Assembly: GCF_009914755.1 (NCBI RefSeq)
Contig: NC_060933.1
Direction: 5' to 3' (one strand)
DNA: 64,000 nt
From: the human T2T-CHM13v2.0 reference genome, Homo sapiens
The stretch's first letter is position 1. Each line of letters starts with the position of its first letter. The notes under the pieces are model-generated. The model had not been told where the DNA came from. It saw only the letters and a program-made list of their open reading frames with translations, and searched no databases. Shown here piece by piece: positions 59,530 to 64,000 of the stretch. Position numbers and translations under genes: made by a program.

Positions 59530-59775
59530 CAGAAATTATGGTTTAGTGACTAAGGTTCTAGGATCAACTATCTAAGTTTCTGTTCCACATCTTCCAATTA
59601 CTTAGTAACTTAGAAGTTACTTCAACTTTCTAAGTCTTCATCTCTTCACCTGTAAAATGGGAATAATAAAAGCTACCTCATAGGGCTGTCGTGAGATATA
59701 AATGAGACTATATGTCTAAAGTGCTTACTTAGTTCAGGGCGTGGCAAGTAGTAAGCACTCAATAAATACAATCTA
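59530..59775 (+). mobile_element. MIR SINE
   Basis: cacctgtaaaatgggaataataaaagctacctcatagggctgt...gtagtaagcactcaataaat. Confidence 0.85.
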
Positions 59776-59787
59776 TTTTCACTCTTA

Positions 59788-60148
59788 CATGTTGAGTATC
59801 CCTCATCTGAAATGTTTAAAACCAGAAGTGCTTCAAATTTTTTATTTTTATCTTTGGATTTTGGAATATTTGCATGTCTATAGTGAGACATCTTGGGGAT
59901 GGAACCCATATCTAAATTTGAAATTCATTTACGGTTTATATATGCCTTATCTACATAACCTGAAGTTAATTTTATTTTTCCCTTGGAGACACTGAATAAA
60001 CTGTGTTGTGTACCTACATTTGGACTGCAACCCGTCACATGAGGTCAGGTGTGGAATTTTCCACTTGTGGCACCATGTTGGTGCTTGAAAATTTCAGATT
60101 TTGGAGCATTTTGGATTTCAGATTTTCAGATTGAGGATGTTCAACGTG
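59788..60148. mobile_element. Tigger4b-like (TcMar-Tigger) non-autonomous DNA transposon
   Basis: TIRs catgttgagtatccc / ggatgttcaacgtg, TA TSD on both sides, internal (gattttca)n and gaggtcaggtgtggaattttccacttgtgg. Confidence 0.88.
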
Positions 60149-61333
60149 TATTTAATTTGGGTGGCTTTGGTTGCCTTCAGCAGAAGTGAACCTACAAGAG
60201 CCTCATCTTCAGCATCTGTGAGCTCCTGTCTCTTTTCTTTGCTCCATCTTAGTTGTCATTACATTGGGAACCCTTGGCACCTTGCATTTCGTAGTCCATC
60301 TAAGTCATTTCCCTGTTCCTTAATAAGTGAGGTACCCACACAGTTCCTATGGCATTTGCTGCTCCCCAGCAAAGAAAATGTCAAACAGAAACACTTAGGA
60401 CTTCCCCTCTCAGAGCCAGATTTCTCCCCAAGAAGTATCCTCTTAGCCAATAAACACTGGCATGGACTTTATCAGACACTTGGGAAATAAAATACTAGCC
60501 ATTGCATTTTCATTTGTTTTCTGTGAATATGAAATGGTCTACGCTTCCTGCTTAGTTTGTGACACACCAATAATGGGTCTGTGTATTTCTTTTTCTACAA
60601 ATTGGCATGGTCACCAAATCAGAAAGGCTTAGTTCATTGTAGTCTTTTAGGAACAAACCACACAATGTTTCACACATTCAGATCTACTACTTAATATTTT
60701 CATAAGCTACAAAGTACTCACAAAGTCACGAGAACCTGCCTGTGAGTCCAAGCTGTACTACTTGAATAGAATGCCAATTTCTATAGAAAGATAATTTGAG
60801 GGTCTTAAGTTATATTCCAGGTATCTAGGTTTTTTTATCTTGTAAGAAGGCATCAATGTTGTCAGATGTTACTTTGTTCAGGATTATTTTATACTTACTA
60901 CATTCTATCAATGTCACCCAATTACATTTTTTTTGGTAATACCATATAAGGTGAACATGGGACAGGTGCCAAGGGGGCTCATATGTGTAAATAAAAGTTA
61001 TTACAGGAGTGCCTTAATGTTCAAATCATTTTGTCCAAGGCAGTCTTCGTGGCTCTGCCTAAATGGCAGTTCACCAGTGTCTAGGAGCTTATGTCCTAGA
61101 GAGTGGCTTAATTATGGTTCATTTTGGGTCCTATAGTTGAGATTCTCTGATTTTAAGAAGGAAGTAGGGAAAGGGAGGAGAAGAACTAAAGCCAAACATA
61201 ATGTGTTCATCATTGTTTAAGACACTTTTCAAATGCCATCTTATAGCAAATGAGGCACTTTACAAATTGCCTCATAAGGACCCATTGAGGGAATTCTGTA
61301 ATGAGTCTGATTCATCTTCCAGGATGCTTTCCA

Positions 61334-61750
61334 TGTGGTAACTATCACTGTACACGTGCTTTATCCCTGGAGAGCTGTCTATAACCAAGTTCCAACTATC
61401 TGGCCACAGAGGTGGGTATTTGATCCAGGCTGGACAGAGTAGATTTCCTCTATGAACAATGCTTGCAGGAAGAGTGAGGGTCTTTTTCTTTTGATTGGCT
61501 GAGTAAAGGACTTGTCATGCCATTTCTACTGCCAACTGCTAACGGGAAGCCTCAAGATGAAGTAACATGCAGAGAAAAGTCAAGTTCAGAGATGGAGGAA
61601 GTACCAGAAGTTTCAAAGATTGTCTGCACTCCTGGATCTAAACTTGCCTGAAGCTGGACAAACTGTCAAGGATTTCCCACTTTGTTTTTGTATTAAGCTC
61701 ATTTGAATTGGGTTTATGTCACTTGCAACTAAAAGAGTCCTAGACAAAAA
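61334..61750 (+). mobile_element. MLT1J/K-like MaLR solo LTR within a MIR
   Basis: tgtgg...ctcctggatctaaacttgcctgaagc...ttaagctcatttgaattgggtttatgtcacttgcaactaaaagagtccta; MIR resumes at ~61755-61890. Confidence 0.75.
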
Positions 61751-62427
61751 GGAGATCTATTATGTTCATTTTATGAGTAAGCAAAACTAAGGCTCAGAGG
61801 AAGAAATGACCTTGCCCTGAAAGCAGCAGGACTAGGACTTAAATCCAGATCATTTTGTCTCCAAAGTTTGTGCTCTTTCTACCTTCATGCCTCCTTGGAA
61901 GGTCAGGAGAAGCTATGGAACTCTTCCCAAATGTCTTAATTCTCCAAGAGTTGTAATATGACTGAAACAGACAAGGGTTTGTGTGAATCTCACATTTGGT
62001 TTGAGCCAATACAAGCCTGATCAGAAAAGTTTACCAACAAATAGCTCTGGAGTGATTCCAACTGTCCTACTGGGTAGCGTGGACAACCAGTGAAAACAAA
62101 GACTAGCAGAACACTTAGCTGCAGCTGAAAGGAAAGTGGATATAACTCTTCTTTGAATACGATGGACAAAATAGGACAAAACCACCTTGAGATACACTCG
62201 AGAACAACATCACATGAGGAGAAACAGCTTGGACCAGCTCAGGATGCAGATCATTGGTGTACAGAGGAGCCGCGGCATAAACTTCAGAGGAAATTTGGGT
62301 GTCTGGAAGTTCCAAATCACAGGGAGTGTGATGAGCTTCCTGGTTAGGGGAGAAATACTGGGAAATAGTGGCTACAGTAGCTAGTCTAAGAACTGTCTGC
62401 AGCCATGCACAACGGAAACACTCATGG

Positions 62428-62507
62428 CCCTCCCTCCCTCCCTCCCTCCCTCCCTTCCTCCCTTCCTCCCTTCCTCCCTTCCTCCCTTCCTTCCTTCCTT
62501 CCTTCCT
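62428..62507. repeat. Polypyrimidine (CCCT)/(CCCTTCCT)/(CCTT) repeat at an L2 tail
   Basis: Directly visible; followed by an antisense L2 3' end (62515-62615). Confidence 0.95.
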
Positions 62508-62643
62508 TTGCTTTCTTAGTACACATTTACTAGTCCCTTATGTGTAAGGCTCTGTGCTGAGCACTGGAGATTAAGTGATCAAGATGGGGTTCCTGCCTTC
62601 AGAGCTTTACAGTTGAAGGCTATGTATGGAAGTCATTGGCAAT

Positions 62644-62756
62644 TGTGTGTATGTGTGTGTGTGTGTACGTGCACATGTGCACGTGTGTGTGTGCACGTGT
62701 GTACGTGTGTGTGCGTGTGTGGGTGTGTGTGTTTGTGTGTGTGTGAGAGAGAGAGA
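62644..62756. repeat. Imperfect (TG)n then (GA)n microsatellite
   Basis: Directly visible. Confidence 0.95.
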
Positions 62757-63799
62757 ATGAAGCAGAGATCTGGAGTATTAATACTGAAGATTTCAGAACC
62801 ACCATTTATGCCAGCAAATATATATTTTTTTCTTCTAGTGAGCCATCTACATGACAAATACTCCTAGGAGTAAAGCCTTATTTAACTGCACCTGTGCAAG
62901 GAGAAATTCTGATGTCTGGCTGAAAGGCTTGGGAATGAAGACCGGGATGGTGGAGGTAGCAGGAGAGAGGACCCAGCCCAAGGAGAAAAAGAGCTTCTTC
63001 AGTGGAAGCTGGGAAGGTGGTCAGGACAGCTGTGCCCCCTCCCTTCCTGTGTGAGGTGGCGTCTCACATGGTAACAGGTCTCCTTACTTGAATGGGGTGT
63101 TTAGCTTGGGCCCAGTAGGTTGACCAGAACAGGGGACAGGCAGAAGTCAACTCTCAATGAATACTGACTGGTCCCTAACATTGTGTGCTGCCTCCTGGAT
63201 TGTGAAAATGGTTTCCATGTGCATTATTTCACCTGATCTCTATAGCAACTTGAAAAGGCAGCTGAGTATTGTATTCTTTGGATATGGAAAATAATGCTTG
63301 TGAAGGGGAATTGACGGGCCCAAGCTCACACAGCCAGAAACATGGCAGAAGTGGGACCTGAGCCTCAATCTTTTGAGTGCAAATCTCATGCCTTCCAACT
63401 AACTGCATTCACTTCTTCTGCTCCAACCCAGGGGACTCTGCCATTAGAAATGGCTGAGGAAAGAGACTACTTAATCAGAGAGCTATACAGTTGGCACAGT
63501 TCCTTTCTGAAGAAGACTCCTAGGCTGAAGGCAGTGTATTCAATCACCCTTAAAAGAGCACAATTGCATTTTACTCATTCGATAATTTGGTTAATGAGTG
63601 CTTCCTTGATGAGAAGCAACTCAGCTGAAATAACAGATACAAAGCTTCCAGTATAGTACCCGTCGGAGAGCGGGCACTCAATTATTGCTAAATTCAGGGT
63701 CTGCAACCTGCCTACCTCTTTAGCCACATCTCATACAACTCTCCTGCCAGTCACACTGGTCTGCTTTAAATTTCTCCAGCATATGTAGGTACTGTCATG

Positions 63800-63935
63800 G
63801 TCCTGTTATCACAGATGAGGAAACAGGCACAGAGAGGTTAGGTAACTTGCCTGAGGTCACACAGCAAGTCAGTAGGGCAGCGAGGATTCAAACCCAGGAA
63901 GCCTGGCTTCTTAGCCTACATTCCAGACCACTGCC
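63800..63935 (-). mobile_element. MIR SINE
   Basis: acagatgaggaaacaggcacagagaggttaggtaacttgcctgaggtcacacagc...ggattcaaacccagg; another MIR at ~63200-63405. Confidence 0.9.
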
Positions 63936-64000
63936 TTTCCCTAAGACGTTAAGTGGGTGAATAGGAAAGAAGACTATTCCAGAAAGAGGCAAGAACACGT

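Noticed and set aside
62115-62384. Three overlapping ~65-aa ORFs as a coding exon or CR1 remnant
   Set aside because: No motif match to CR1 ORF2 or to any known protein that I can support.

Overview
This is 64 kb of primate (human-like) non-coding DNA, intronic or intergenic. It is densely filled with interspersed repeats: 9 Alus, one 3.1-kb 5'-truncated L1PA4-like insertion with a perfect 16-bp target-site duplication (TSD), old L1M, L2 and MIR fragments, MaLR and ERVL LTRs, and hAT and Tc1/mariner fossils. I recognise no cellular protein-coding exon, RNA gene, CpG island or CRISPR-like array. The only ORFs with real protein homology are frameshifted pieces of L1 ORF2; the rest of the ORF track looks like chance or repeat-derived ORFs. 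I cannot name the locus, and I do not see a demonstrable new biological system. The features most worth following up are: (i) an ungapped 114-bp, ~90%-identical direct repeat pair 2.58 kb apart; (ii) several repeat-free, motif-dense blocks that look like conserved enhancers, one centred on a perfect 20-bp palindrome; (iii) candidate non-coding exons and an AG|GT recursive-splice-like site; and (iv) several nested or rearranged transposon structures. Repeat family calls come from recalled consensus sequences. Boundaries of old elements are approximate (tens of bp) unless a TSD is quoted.
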